IMG/VR virus record: IMGVR_UViG_3300019889_000015
Span: 1-62,516 of that record
Source of the DNA: a virus
Taxonomy: Duplodnaviria; Caudoviricetes
Direction: 5' to 3' (one strand)
DNA: 62,516 nucleotides
Shown here: in pieces, positions 10,285-21,140 of the stretch
Position numbering within the stretch: the stretch's first letter is position 1
How the letters are laid out: every line of letters starts with the position of its first letter
Notes under the pieces: model-generated
What the model was told of the DNA's origin: nothing
The model's database searches: none
What the model saw: only the letters and a program-made list of their open reading frames with translations
Position numbers and translations under genes: made by a program

Positions 10285-10778
10285 CGCTCCTGGAACGGTA
10301 CTGGGACGCGATCGAGGCTGACCTTGCGCTCGGGCCTGGGGGTCACGGAGGCGGTCGCTGGGACCTCGCCGAGCTGGTACGCACACGACGGTTCCGGTTC
10401 CTGCTCAACCTGATCGAGCACCTGCCACGCACGTCGTTCTTCGTCGATGCGATGGCCCAGGACGACGATCTGGTCGAGGAGACGCGGACCGTACCGGTGG
10501 GCGCCTACCGCCCTCGGGTGACCGAGTTCGGCACCACCGAGGAACTGCTGGCCGGTATCCACGACCTCATCGGCCACCTGAACACGAACTTCATCGTCGC
10601 CAACGGGGCGAAATCCCGGCCGCACCCGCCGAAGCCGTTTCCGCGCCCGGAGACGGCCCGTGACCGCGCCCGTAAGCGGTGGGCGGCGACAGATGTCCTC
10701 GACATCGTGTCCGCCGTCACTCCGCATGCCGCTGAGCGAGTCCGAAGATCACTGGGCATTGCGCCCGACGACGAGTAA
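10270..10778 (+). CDS. tail assembly chaperone extension (T), probably reached by -1 frameshift
   Basis: Open -1 frame without an obvious own RBS; WDAIEADL and LIEHLP motifs; GCAAAAC at 10264-10270. Confidence 0.65.
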
Positions 10779-10792
10779 CTGGGGGTGACGCC

Positions 10793-13700
10793 GTGGCCTA
10801 CCGCATCGGCCAGGCGTTCATCGACGTCACCCCCAGCCTCCGAGACTTCAACAACACCGTCCGCAAGGAGCTGGCCAAGGAGCTGCGGCAGGTCGACGTG
10901 CCGCTCACCCCTCGCCTGGACGGCTCGCAGGTCGAGAAGGACTCGGCCAAGATCGGCGACCGTGCCGCCGGACAGTTCGCCAACAGCTTCAAGCGTCGCC
11001 TCGATCGCGCCATCGCCGCGCTGCCCGAGATCGACGTCAACGTCACCCCGACCGTCAACGAGACCCAGATCAACGCGCTGCGTCAGCGGCTGCTTGCCCT
11101 GCGCGATGTGGAGATCGGCGTCGACATCGACGCCGGGGCAGCCCTCATCGAGATCGAGGCAATCCGGCGTGAGCTGGACCGGATCTCCAGCAGCAAGTCC
11201 GCCACGGTGGATGTGCGTGCCAATACCGCCGCCGCCAGGGCGCAGCTCCAGCTCATCGAGGAGCAGGTCAACAGCCTCGACGGGCGACAGGCCAACGTCA
11301 CCGTCGACGTCAACGACCGGGGTGCGGTCAGTTCGGCCCGGTTCCTGTCCACGCAGTTCAACGGGCTGATTCTGCTCGGTGGCCTGATCGGACCCGCTCT
11401 CGTGCCTGGCCTCGGTGCTGCTGCCGTCGCCGCAGGTGGGTTGGCCTCCGCTCTGGCGGGCGCATCGGTCGGAATAGGCGGGCTCATCGCCGCCGTGGTG
11501 CCCTCCATCAGCGCCGTCACCGAGGCTGTGAAGGCCCAGGAGGCTGCCGACAAGTCCGCCGCCACCACGGCCACCCAGAGCGGCATCCAGCGCGTCACAG
11601 CGGCGTACGCCGCCCAGCAAGCCGCCGAGCGGGTCGCCGACGCGCAGCGCAACGTCGGCCGGGTCGCCGAGGAGAACGCTCGCCGGATCGAGCAGGCCGA
11701 GCGCCGCGTTGCCGACGCCGGGCAGGCTGTTGCCCGCGCCCAGGCCGACCAGATCCGTGCTCAAGTTGATCTTGACCGAGCCCGCCAAGATGCCCTCCGG
11801 ACGTTGGAGGACATGCGCGAGCGGCTGTCCGACATCCGCCGAGACGAGCAGAGCGCCGAGATCTCGCTGATCGAGGCCCAGCAGCGCCTCGCCGACGCCA
11901 ATGGCGAGGATGGCAGCAACGCCATCGAAGCGGCCCAGATCAGCCTGGCCGACGCTCGCGCCGCCCTGTCTGCGGTCAACGCCGATGGCACCGCCAGCGA
12001 GCTGGACCGGCGCCGCGCCCTGCTGGCCGTCGCCGAGGCAGAGCAGCGGCTGGAGCAGGCTCAGCGCCGCGCCACCGAGCTGGCCCTGGAGCGGCGCAAG
12101 GCTGCCCTCCAGGTCGAGCAGGCCGAGGACCGGCTGTCCGACACCAAGCGGGACCAGCAGCGCGCCACCGAAGACCTGAACGAGGCCGAGCGCGCCGGTA
12201 TCGACGGCATGGACGCCGTTGTCAGCGCCCAGCAGGCGCTGGAGTCGTCCACCCTCGCCGTCACCCGCGCCGTACAGTCGAGCCAGGACGCCGAAGCCGA
12301 ACTGGCTCAGACCCGCCAGGACGCCGCTATCGCGAGCGCGGACGCCGCCAGGGCCGTCACCGACGCCATGCGGGCACAAGCTCAGCAGGCCCAGGTCGCG
12401 GCCATGCAAACCGCTGCCGGGACGGCGGCGATGCAGAACCTCGCCTACGCCATGGACCAGCTCACCCCGATGCAGCGCGAGCTGATGGAGGGCTGGTATG
12501 ACCTCCGGGACGCCTTCATCGCCTGGTCGCGCGCGCTGGAGCCCGTCACCATCCCCGTACTGCTCGCCGGGATGCAGCTCCTGAAGCAGTTGCTGCCCGC
12601 GCTGACCCCCATCGTCGAGGCCGTCGCAGGTGCCTTCTCCGGCCTGCTCGATTCGGCCGGGGCGGCGCTGGAAAGCCCCTTCTGGCAGGAGTTCTTCGAC
12701 TTCCTGGCGTCGTCGGCTGGACCGAATGCCACCGCGTTCGGCCAGGCACTGGGCAACATCGCCACCGGCTTCGCCGGTCTCCTGATGGCTTTCGGCCCGG
12801 TGTCCGGCGACATCATGAACGGCCTGGTCGACCTCACCGAAGCTTTCGCGAACTGGGGCAAGTCGCTCGACACGAACCAGGGCTTCCAGAATTTCCTCGA
12901 CTACGTGCAGGAGAACTGGCCCAAGGTCCGCGCCATGCTCGGCGCGTTCGTCGGCGCCATCGAGAACATCATCCGTGCCATGGCCCCGCTCGGTGGCCCC
13001 GTCCTCACCGTGCTGACGGCGATCTTCGACGTCATCGGCAACATGGACCCCAGCCTGCTCGCGGCGATCACCGCTGGCATCCTCGGCATCGCCGCCGCCA
13101 CCAAGATCTGGTCCATCGCTCAGGCCGCGATCAACATCGGCCTGAAGGGCAACGTCCTCGTCATCGTCATCACCTTGCTCGCAGGGCTGATCACGTGGCT
13201 GGTGCGGACCTGGCAGACCTCGGAGCGATTCCGCAACGTCGTGTTCGGCGTCCTCGACGCGGTGAAGAACGCTTTCTGGACCTCCCTCAACTTCATCAAG
13301 GACATCGGATCTTCGGTGTTCAACTGGTTCAAGAACAACTGGCCGCTCCTGCTCGCGATCCTGACCGGCCCGATCGGTCTCGCCGTCCTGGCCATCGTCA
13401 AGAACTGGGACACGATCAGGCAGAAGGCCAGCGATGTGAAGGACGCCATCGCCGGATTCTTCTCGAACCTCGGTGAAGTCATCGCCAGCGCCTTCGATGC
13501 TGGGCTGGATGCGCTGAAGACGGGCATCAACTGGCTGATCGGCCTGGTCAACAAGTGGCTGATCGGCGGGCTCAACGTCATCGTCGACGTGATCCCCGGC
13601 ATCCCGAACATCGAAGACATCCCGCTGATCCCGATGCACTCCGGCGGCATCGTCCCCGGCACCGGAGAGACGCCCCGGATGCTGCTCGGTGGCGAGGCCG

Positions 13701-14692
13701 TCCTGAACCCCGACGCCACCCAGCGACTCGGTGAGGACACGATCAACCGGCTCAACTCTGGCGAAGGCATCGGCGGACCGTTCGACGGCTGGAGCTGGGA
13801 CACGATCAAGACCGGTCTCGGCCTCGGCCTCAGCCATGGCCAGAACGCGGACCTGATCAACGACGCGAGCGAACTCCTCCAGAAGGGCGCGAGCTGGCTC
13901 GTCAGCAAGACCCTCGACCCGGCGCTGGAGAAGCTTCTCAATGTCATCCCAGAGAAGCCGTTCTTGCCCAATGGGATGGGTCGAGAGACCGTCCAGTGGG
14001 TCTACGACTCGCTGCTCGGCTGGGCCAAGGACAAGGACGAGACCCGGCCGACGATCGTCGATCTCGGCCTCAGTGGTGTCGGCAAGGAAGGCTTCGTCTT
14101 CCCACTGCTGCCGCTCACCTACCGAGTGGGCGAACCGCCGGGACCGCCGTGGGGCAGCGGCTACACCGGACACACCGGCCAGGACTTTCCGACCGGTGTC
14201 GGCTCGCCCGTCCTTTCATCCATGGCCGGAGTCGTCAACTTCACGAACCTCGGCAACCGCAGCTACGGCAAGTACGCCAGCGTGCAGGGCGCTAACGGCG
14301 TTCGGTCGATCTCGGCCCACCTGTCGGCCTTCGCTGGCAAGACGGGTCGCGTTGTGCTGCCGGGTGAGCTGATCGGCCTGTCCGGCTCGACCGGCAACTC
14401 CAGCGGTCCGCACCTTCACCAGGAGTACCGGGTCAACGGCTCGGTCGTCGACCCGCGTCGGTTCCTGACATACGACTCCGGCGGCTACCTGATGCCCGGC
14501 CTGACGCTGGCCTACAACGGCGGCGTCCGTCCGGAGCGGGTCTTGGACCCGGCCGAGACGCGGGCCTGGGAGTCCGGCGTCGCCGGAGGGACGGTCATCA
14601 ACACGTACGGCTCCCCACGGTCGCTCGTCAGCGAGATGGCCTTCATGTACGAGACCAGGCGGCAGGCCCGGCGGCCAGTAATGAGGGGGTAG
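10793..14692 (+). CDS. tape measure protein with C-terminal M23 peptidase
   Basis: 1299 aa, Ala/Gln-rich helical; HTGQDF...HLS...GPHLHQE M23 motifs. Confidence 0.92.
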   Translation: MAYRIGQAFIDVTPSLRDFNNTVRKELAKELRQVDVPLTPRLDGSQVEKDSAKIGDRAAGQFANSFKRRLDRAIAALPEIDVNVTPTVNETQINALRQRLLALRDVEIGVDIDAGAALIEIEAIRRELDRISSSKSATVDVRANTAAARAQLQLIEEQVNSLDGRQANVTVDVNDRGAVSSARFLSTQFNGLILLGGLIGPALVPGLGAAAVAAGGLASALAGASVGIGGLIAAVVPSISAVTEAVKAQEAADKSAATTATQSGIQRVTAAYAAQQAAERVADAQRNVGRVAEENARRIEQAERRVADAGQAVARAQADQIRAQVDLDRARQDALRTLEDMRERLSDIRRDEQSAEISLIEAQQRLADANGEDGSNAIEAAQISLADARAALSAVNADGTASELDRRRALLAVAEAEQRLEQAQRRATELALERRKAALQVEQAEDRLSDTKRDQQRATEDLNEAERAGIDGMDAVVSAQQALESSTLAVTRAVQSSQDAEAELAQTRQDAAIASADAARAVTDAMRAQAQQAQVAAMQTAAGTAAMQNLAYAMDQLTPMQRELMEGWYDLRDAFIAWSRALEPVTIPVLLAGMQLLKQLLPALTPIVEAVAGAFSGLLDSAGAALESPFWQEFFDFLASSAGPNATAFGQALGNIATGFAGLLMAFGPVSGDIMNGLVDLTEAFANWGKSLDTNQGFQNFLDYVQENWPKVRAMLGAFVGAIENIIRAMAPLGGPVLTVLTAIFDVIGNMDPSLLAAITAGILGIAAATKIWSIAQAAINIGLKGNVLVIVITLLAGLITWLVRTWQTSERFRNVVFGVLDAVKNAFWTSLNFIKDIGSSVFNWFKNNWPLLLAILTGPIGLAVLAIVKNWDTIRQKASDVKDAIAGFFSNLGEVIASAFDAGLDALKTGINWLIGLVNKWLIGGLNVIVDVIPGIPNIEDIPLIPMHSGGIVPGTGETPRMLLGGEAVLNPDATQRLGEDTINRLNSGEGIGGPFDGWSWDTIKTGLGLGLSHGQNADLINDASELLQKGASWLVSKTLDPALEKLLNVIPEKPFLPNGMGRETVQWVYDSLLGWAKDKDETRPTIVDLGLSGVGKEGFVFPLLPLTYRVGEPPGPPWGSGYTGHTGQDFPTGVGSPVLSSMAGVVNFTNLGNRSYGKYASVQGANGVRSISAHLSAFAGKTGRVVLPGELIGLSGSTGNSSGPHLHQEYRVNGSVVDPRRFLTYDSGGYLMPGLTLAYNGGVRPERVLDPAETRAWESGVAGGTVINTYGSPRSLVSEMAFMYETRRQARRPVMRG

Positions 14693-14695
14693 CTC

Positions 14696-15697
14696 GTGGC
14701 GATTCGCTCACTCCTCAATGGCGTCGTTCTCCAGCCGCCGCCGGTCATCGTCGAGCCCAGCCCGCTACCGGCGCCGCCGATGCCGGATTGGCCCTTCGTC
14801 CAGTGGACGCCTGCTGGTGGGTCGACGATCACCCTGTCGCGTCACATCGCCTCGGGCATCATGCTCGGCGGTGTCGACGACGACGCCCGGACCGTCATCG
14901 GGCTCGACATGCCTCCGCAGGAGGAGTTTGACACTCAGCTCCCGGCCGGGGGCGAGTTGCTCAACGGTCGACGGTGGGCAGCCAGACAGATCGGGCTGCC
15001 CGTCGTCATCCATGCCGACACCCTCGACGAGCTGGAGGAGCATCGGCGTGAGCTGATGGGTAGCTTCAACCCGGTCAGGGGCGAAGGCGTGCTCACCGTG
15101 GCCTACCCCAATGGGCGGCGCCGCAGCCTCGACGCGGCCTACTCGTCCGGGCTCGACGTCGCCGAGGTCGGTCGGGCCGGATACCCGTATCGGGACTCCT
15201 TCACGATCATCTTGAAGGCGCGGAATCCGTTTCCGTACGGCCCCGAGCTGTCGGTGCCGTTCGAGCCCCAGCAGAGCTACAGCTTCTACGCACCGCCCGG
15301 CGACCCGGTGGCCGTGTTCTACATCTCCTCGTCGACGACGACCGGCGACAGCACGGTCGAGATCGACGGCGAGGTCGAGGTCTACCCGGTCTGGACGATC
15401 ACCGGACCGGTGGCCACGGCCACGCTGCGCAACCGGGACACCGGCCGGACGCTTCAGCTCACCCCCAACCTGGTCGCTGGGCAGACGCTGACCGTCCGCA
15501 CCGATCCGGCCACGGTGGCGAGCCAGAAGTTCACTCGCGAGACCGGCGCCAACGTCTGGTCGACTGCGGCGGGCGACTGGCCCGTCATGTGGTCCCTGGT
15601 TCCCGGCTCGAACCGGGTCTCCGTGCTGTTCACCGGCACCGTGCCGATGCAGTCGTCCATCGTCATGACCTACCGGCCGAGCTACCTCAGCGCATGA
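14696..15697 (+). CDS. distal tail / minor tail protein
   Basis: Follows tape measure; PVWTITGP and L.PG.N motifs. Confidence 0.75.
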   Translation: MAIRSLLNGVVLQPPPVIVEPSPLPAPPMPDWPFVQWTPAGGSTITLSRHIASGIMLGGVDDDARTVIGLDMPPQEEFDTQLPAGGELLNGRRWAARQIGLPVVIHADTLDELEEHRRELMGSFNPVRGEGVLTVAYPNGRRRSLDAAYSSGLDVAEVGRAGYPYRDSFTIILKARNPFPYGPELSVPFEPQQSYSFYAPPGDPVAVFYISSSTTTGDSTVEIDGEVEVYPVWTITGPVATATLRNRDTGRTLQLTPNLVAGQTLTVRTDPATVASQKFTRETGANVWSTAAGDWPVMWSLVPGSNRVSVLFTGTVPMQSSIVMTYRPSYLSA

Positions 15698-16890
15698 TCG
15701 ACCACGGCATCCAGGTCTACATCCGGGACATCGACCGCAGCATCATCGGCTCGACTTCCACCTGGGCGTCCCTATCCGTGGTGGCGCGACGCAACGACGT
15801 CGGCCAATGGACCCTGGTCATCGCCAGCCCCGAAGACGCCGCACTGCTCACGCCGGTCATCAACTCCCAGGGGAAGATCACCCGCAACCGTGGAATCGTC
15901 CTGCGGCGCGAGAACGTCAACGGCATCCCGGCCACGTTCATGTCCGGCTGGCTGGCCCAGGAGCCGGAGATCGAGCACTCCGGCGGCGAGACCGTCTGGA
16001 CGTTCACCGGATTCGACGACACCCACCTGATGCGGCGCACGTTGTGCTGGCCGAAGCCGAGCGCGGCAGTGACTGCACAGACGGACACACACGACATCCG
16101 GTCCGGCCCGGCCAGCGACCGCATCCGGGGCTACTTCAACGCCAACACCGTCGTTCGTGTCGACTCCGCAGGCAACGGTGGCGCGGTGCTCGGCCTTGGC
16201 CCCAGTGCGATCACCCAGGCCCGCTTCAAGGGCCTGCTGGAGCTGTCCCAGGAGATCGCCGGTCGCGCCGTCAACTTCAAGGTTATGCAGCGCGACTCCG
16301 ACCGGGCGCTCTACCTCTACCAGTGGGCACCGGCCGACAAGCGGCTTGACGTCCAGTTCTCCCCGGCGCTCGGCACCGTGCAGTCCTGGAGCGCGACGTC
16401 GAAGGACTCGACCGGCAACACCGTCATCACCGGGGCCGGTGGGGAGATGGAGCTGCGGGTTTTCCGCCGCTACGCCGACGCCAACGACATCACCGCCTGG
16501 GGTGTCTACGAGGTCTTCAAGGATCGCCGCGATATCTCGCCGACCGACCCCAACCTCGAAGACGTCCTCGCCGTGGACGGCCTGGAGTTCCTCGAAGAGA
16601 ACGTCGCCCGATCCAGCTTCACCGCGAACATCAGCTCCGCACCCGATGCTCGGCCGTTCGTCCACTACGCGCCGGGCGACCTCGTGCGTCGCTACATCGA
16701 CCAGGACGCGAACGGCCAGCCAATCGGCCTGGTCGACGACCTGATCGAAACCGTCGAAGCGAGCTGGTCGGCCGAGGGCGAGACCGGCTCAATCCAGATC
16801 GGCGCCCCGATGGAAAACCTCGACGAACTGATGGCCCGTCAGCTTCGGCTGGCCATGCGACGAATCACAGACCTGGAGACGCGCCGATGA
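15694..16890 (+). CDS. minor tail protein (Gp37-like hub)
   Basis: ATGA overlap; RRNDVGQWTL and GAGGE...R motifs. Confidence 0.75.
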   Translation: MIDHGIQVYIRDIDRSIIGSTSTWASLSVVARRNDVGQWTLVIASPEDAALLTPVINSQGKITRNRGIVLRRENVNGIPATFMSGWLAQEPEIEHSGGETVWTFTGFDDTHLMRRTLCWPKPSAAVTAQTDTHDIRSGPASDRIRGYFNANTVVRVDSAGNGGAVLGLGPSAITQARFKGLLELSQEIAGRAVNFKVMQRDSDRALYLYQWAPADKRLDVQFSPALGTVQSWSATSKDSTGNTVITGAGGEMELRVFRRYADANDITAWGVYEVFKDRRDISPTDPNLEDVLAVDGLEFLEENVARSSFTANISSAPDARPFVHYAPGDLVRRYIDQDANGQPIGLVDDLIETVEASWSAEGETGSIQIGAPMENLDELMARQLRLAMRRITDLETRR

Positions 16891-17936
16891 CCATCGTGAC
16901 CGCTGGCTTCCCCGGCTCCTACGACGACCTGAAGTGGTCCAAGTTCCAGGGCCTGATCGCCAACGACGCGGTAGACAGCATGGTAGTCAGCGCCACGACC
17001 GGCGACCGCAACGTCTCCATCGGCACCGGCACGGCCAACGTCGGCGGCATCTTCACCGAAGTCACCGTCGCCCAGACCTTCCAGTTCCCGTCCAACACGT
17101 CCGGCCTGTCCCGGATTGATCTGCTTGTGCTCGATGCGAACTGGACCACGAAGACCGTCGTTCCGGCGCGGGTGCCGGGCACCCCCAGCTCGAACCCGCA
17201 GGCGCCCTTCAGCGAGGTCATCAGGAATCACGGGACCCGATACCAGTTGCCGATCGCCCAGGTGATCATCGACCACAACCAGGGAGCCCTGGCCTCGGGC
17301 GACCTGACCCGCGTCGCCACGCCACCGCCGACCGACTTCTACTTCATCCCGTCACTCGCGACGGCACCGCATCCAGATCTCGACTCGCTGATGTGGTACT
17401 CGCCACTGCGGTCACTGCGCATCGGCATCAATGGCGCCTACCGGGAGATCGCCCACGCCAGGGGCAAGCACCTACTCCGCAAGAGCGTCACGGCGGGCGG
17501 CAGCGTGCCGAACGCAGTCATCGACTTCATGGGCACCATGGCGATCAACTTCTCCCGTGGCGACGGATGGGACGTCGGCTCGCAGCACTCGTCGCAGTTC
17601 CAGGTGCCGGAAACCGGCTACTACCGCGTCACTGCTCAGTACAACTGGAGCCGCGTCATCAGCGGCCAGCTCGGGTACGTCTACCTGCAACTTCGGGGGA
17701 ACACGACTGCGAACGTTCCCAATAGCGGGTCGCTGCTGCTGGAGTCGACGGAAGCTCTGGTCAACGGCTATCTGCACGGCTCCAACTTCCTCAACGACAT
17801 CCTCCAACTGAACAAGGGCACGCGGTATCACTTCGCGGTCTCGAACGGCACCACCGACACCATCAACGGCGCCGAGTCCTCGGGCCGGTCGTTCTTCTCG
17901 GTGGAGCAAGTCGACAGCATCCCGGCGGCACCCTGA
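16887..17936 (+). CDS. minor tail / receptor-binding protein
   Basis: SRIDLLVL...YQLPIAQV baseplate-type N-terminus and beta-rich C-terminus. Confidence 0.65.
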   Translation: MTIVTAGFPGSYDDLKWSKFQGLIANDAVDSMVVSATTGDRNVSIGTGTANVGGIFTEVTVAQTFQFPSNTSGLSRIDLLVLDANWTTKTVVPARVPGTPSSNPQAPFSEVIRNHGTRYQLPIAQVIIDHNQGALASGDLTRVATPPPTDFYFIPSLATAPHPDLDSLMWYSPLRSLRIGINGAYREIAHARGKHLLRKSVTAGGSVPNAVIDFMGTMAINFSRGDGWDVGSQHSSQFQVPETGYYRVTAQYNWSRVISGQLGYVYLQLRGNTTANVPNSGSLLLESTEALVNGYLHGSNFLNDILQLNKGTRYHFAVSNGTTDTINGAESSGRSFFSVEQVDSIPAAP

Positions 17937-17947
17937 TGGCCCGGTAG

Positions 17948-18967
17948 ATGGCCCGGTATCCCGGCGCCACCTGGCGCCCGGTGGCCCGCTACCAGCCGGG
18001 CCAGCGGAACTGCATCTTGATGGCCGCGTACCGGCGCTACGGCCTGCACACCGCCGTCTCGTCGGCGTCGTCGCTGTACAACTACTTCGCCGTCTCCGGA
18101 CGGGCGACCAGCCACTTCTACATCCCGGCCGATGGGTCGGTCGAGCAGTACATCGACACCAAGTTCCGCTCGACCGCCCACCTGAACGGCAATCACGACA
18201 CGATCACCGTCGAGACCCAGGACATCGGCGGGCCATTCCCGAAGTGGAACACGAACGGCTCCGACGTCCCGGCCTGGACGAAACAGCAGGTCGAGGCGCT
18301 GGCCAAGCTCGGCGCTTGGCTGCACAGAACACACGGCATCCGCCTCCAGTTGTGTCCCAACAGCAAGCCGGGCTCGCTCGGATTCGCGTACCACCGTCAG
18401 GGCATCGATCCGTGGCGCGTCAGCGGCGGCGAGTTCTGGTCGAAGGCTCGCGGCAAGGTCTGCCCCGGCGACCGCCGCGTGGCCCAAATCCCGCAGATCG
18501 TCAACCGCTCCCGACAACTCGTAACGGGCGTAGCAGGAGGGGACACGGACGTGGCACTGACCAAGGCCGACATCCCGATCATCCAAGAGGCTGTCCACGG
18601 GATGAAGCTCGGACGGTCCGACAACACTGGCGGACTCGCTCTTCAGCGCGTTATGACGCTGCCGCAGCGGGCCGACGTCGCAGGCGCCATTCTTGGCGCG
18701 AAGTACAAGGAGTACGTCGATGAGAAGGGCGACGGCACTCGTGACATGCGCACGGTGGCCGACATCCTCTTCTCCACTCACGCCAACGCCCTCCAGGTGA
18801 AAGCACAGCTCGCCGGACTTACCGAGGTACTCAAGACCCTCGCGACGGGCCAGGGACTCGATGCCGATGAGCTGGTGACCCGATTCGGCGCCAAGGTCGA
18901 TGAGGTCTTCCGCGAGTTCGTCGACGAAGCGCGCGTGGAGCTGGTCGTCGACGACACGCAGGGCTAA
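17948..18967 (+). CDS. endolysin, N-acetylmuramoyl-L-alanine amidase
   Basis: LHT, SHF.I..DG...QY, VET, YH and KVCPG amidase_2 motifs. Confidence 0.85.
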   Translation: MARYPGATWRPVARYQPGQRNCILMAAYRRYGLHTAVSSASSLYNYFAVSGRATSHFYIPADGSVEQYIDTKFRSTAHLNGNHDTITVETQDIGGPFPKWNTNGSDVPAWTKQQVEALAKLGAWLHRTHGIRLQLCPNSKPGSLGFAYHRQGIDPWRVSGGEFWSKARGKVCPGDRRVAQIPQIVNRSRQLVTGVAGGDTDVALTKADIPIIQEAVHGMKLGRSDNTGGLALQRVMTLPQRADVAGAILGAKYKEYVDEKGDGTRDMRTVADILFSTHANALQVKAQLAGLTEVLKTLATGQGLDADELVTRFGAKVDEVFREFVDEARVELVVDDTQG

Positions 18968-18971
18968 CCCG

Positions 18972-19286
18972 GTGCCCGATGAGCCGACGATCGGCGAACT
19001 GTCCCGGCGCCTCGATCGCTTCGAGGAGCGATACGGCGCCGAACGTCGATCCGCGGACGCTCGGCATCTCGATGCGCAGGTCTACGTGGCCGAACGAAAC
19101 CATCTCCAGGCACAGCTCATGGACAACGCCGCCGATCTCGCGTCGGCGGTCGAGCGACTGCAAAGGCAGGTCGATGATCTTAAGGGCCGCCTGACGTGGG
19201 CGTGGAGGGCGGCACTCACGGGGCTCGTGTTCCCCATCCTGGTGGCCATCATCGCCGCCGCTGTCATCGCGTATCGGAGCGCCTGA
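18972..19286 (+). CDS. coiled-coil membrane protein of the lysis cassette
   Basis: EPTIGEL.RR start, coiled coil, C-terminal hydrophobic helix. Confidence 0.65.
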   Translation: MPDEPTIGELSRRLDRFEERYGAERRSADARHLDAQVYVAERNHLQAQLMDNAADLASAVERLQRQVDDLKGRLTWAWRAALTGLVFPILVAIIAAAVIAYRSA

Positions 19287-19990
19287 TGATGTCTCGGATC
19301 TACCGGAACAAGGGCTCCATCGGCTACTGGCTGGCCGTCACGGCGCTCGCTATCGGGTTCGCGGTCGTGATGTTGATCATGGTCGATCTGGCTGGTCGGA
19401 TCAACGACTCGGAGAAGACGTCGGACGCCCGGCAGGAAGCGATCAACCTGCTGGCCGAAGATGTGCGCACGCTCCGACAGCAGGTCACGGACACCGGGGA
19501 GACGCCCGCCGTCCCGGAACCTGAGGAGCGGGTCGACGACCTACCGGACGTCCAGGTGCAGCCTGGACCGCCCGGCGAGCGCGGACCCGCCGGTCCGCCC
19601 GGACTCGTCGGGCTGCCCGGCCAACCGGGCGTCGACGGCGCTCCGGGTCCGATTGGGCCTTCCGGCGAGCCGGGTCTACCAGGCCCCGGTGGAGAGCCGG
19701 GAACCGATGGAGTCGACGGCGAGCCTGGTGCGCCGGGAACTGATGGCGTCGACGGAGAGCCAGGCCCGGCAGGTCCACAAGGCGAACCTGGTCCAGCAGG
19801 ACCGCAGGGCGAGCCCGGACCGCAGGGCGAGCCCGGACCGCAGGGCGAGCCCGGAACAGACGGCGATCCCGGTGTCGACGGTGAACCGCCCGCGTCGTGG
19901 ACCTTCACCTATCTGGCGTTCACCTACGTCTGCGAGCGGACCGAGCCGTTCGATCCAGCCAACCCCACCTACACGTGTTCGGTGGTCTGA
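19286..19990 (+). CDS. membrane-anchored collagen-like protein
   Basis: N-terminal TM helix, coiled coil, long Gly-X-Y run, C-terminal Cys pair. Confidence 0.8.
   Translation: MMSRIYRNKGSIGYWLAVTALAIGFAVVMLIMVDLAGRINDSEKTSDARQEAINLLAEDVRTLRQQVTDTGETPAVPEPEERVDDLPDVQVQPGPPGERGPAGPPGLVGLPGQPGVDGAPGPIGPSGEPGLPGPGGEPGTDGVDGEPGAPGTDGVDGEPGPAGPQGEPGPAGPQGEPGPQGEPGPQGEPGTDGDPGVDGEPPASWTFTYLAFTYVCERTEPFDPANPTYTCSVV
19799..19852 (+). repeat. 3 x 18-bp tandem repeat within the collagen gene
   Basis: ggaccgcagggcgagccc x3, encoding GPQGEP. Confidence 0.85.
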
Positions 19991-20044
19991 CATGCCTATT
20001 CGCGCGCTCGTCGTCAAACCCGCACCGCCAAGGGAGACACCACC

Positions 20045-20257
20045 ATGCGCAAGTTCATCCGCGCCACCGCGATCCGAGCAATCAAGACGATCGCACAGAC
20101 CGCAATCGCGCTCATCGGCACCACGGCAGTCGTCCTACCCGACGTCGACTGGCAGGTCGTCGGCTCCGGTGCCGGACTCGCCGGAATCCTCTCCGTCCTG
20201 ACGTCGATCGTGGGCGGACTCCCCGAAGCTGAACGACCGGCCGTCACGCCCAACTGA
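20045..20257 (+). CDS. holin (r1t family)
   Basis: RAIKTIAQTAIALIG...VDW...SVLTSI.GLPE signature. Confidence 0.88.
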   Translation: MRKFIRATAIRAIKTIAQTAIALIGTTAVVLPDVDWQVVGSGAGLAGILSVLTSIVGGLPEAERPAVTPN

Positions 20258-20288
20258 CCAAACCGCACGACCATAGGGAGGGCGGCTG

Positions 20289-21140
20289 ATGGCCGACCGT
20301 AGGTATGCAGGCACGCCTGCTGACTTCGCAATGGCCCTCGGGGCCGTCACTGGGCTGGTCGACGAGGCCGGGGACCCGATCGTCGATCCGGAGCCGCCGG
20401 GCGACCCCCTGCTTGGGTGGCCGGTGGTTATCCCGACCCTGCCCCAGGTGTTCGACGTCTACGACATCGACTCCAACCCCCTGGCCGACCTGCTCGATCA
20501 CACCGGCACGCCAGCGACGACGATCTCGTCGTCGTCCGTCTGGGAGACCGCCGGGCAGATATTCACGTTCACGGTCAACGACGCGCCGGACGGCGACGTC
20601 TACATCGTCGGCCAAGGGGGCGTGCCGTTCACCGACCCGACGTTCCGGCTCACCCCGATGTCGGACGAGATCTTCGACCGGCTCGTCGAGCTGGAAGCGT
20701 TCCGGGCACTGTTCGACGAGACCATCTGGCCACCGACCGCTGGCTTCACCTGGATCTGGGACGACGTTGACCTGAAGTTCAAGCCCGCCGACCCCGGCGA
20801 TGCCGTGTCGCCCGTCTCGTCGGTCAATGGCCAAACCGGCGTCGTAGTGCTCACTGCGGCCGACGTGGGCGCCGCACTGGCTGCCCACTCCCACGCGGGC
20901 TCGGCGATCACGTCCGGCACGGTCGACGTCGCCCGGCTGCCGGTGGGCGACGGCTCCTCACAAGTCGCGGCCGGTAACCACACCCACGCCCTAGCCAGCA
21001 TCAGCGGCCTTCAGACCGCGCTGGACGCCAAGGTGAACGTCGCCGACGTCGCAAAAGTGTGGCCGGTCATCGACCACGACGACCCGACGCCGGTCGGCGC
21101 CGTCACCGGGGACATCATCGTGAGGCGACTGGCGCCGTGA
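20289..21140 (+). CDS. tail fibre-like structural protein
   Basis: VSSVNGQTGVVVL.AADVGA and HTH...ISGLQTALDAK fibre repeats. Confidence 0.7.
   Translation: MADRRYAGTPADFAMALGAVTGLVDEAGDPIVDPEPPGDPLLGWPVVIPTLPQVFDVYDIDSNPLADLLDHTGTPATTISSSSVWETAGQIFTFTVNDAPDGDVYIVGQGGVPFTDPTFRLTPMSDEIFDRLVELEAFRALFDETIWPPTAGFTWIWDDVDLKFKPADPGDAVSPVSSVNGQTGVVVLTAADVGAALAAHSHAGSAITSGTVDVARLPVGDGSSQVAAGNHTHALASISGLQTALDAKVNVADVAKVWPVIDHDDPTPVGAVTGDIIVRRLAP

Noticed and set aside
10505-14173. 1222-aa minus-strand ORF and other long antisense ORFs
   Set aside because: Shadow frames of high-GC genes with no motifs or RBS.
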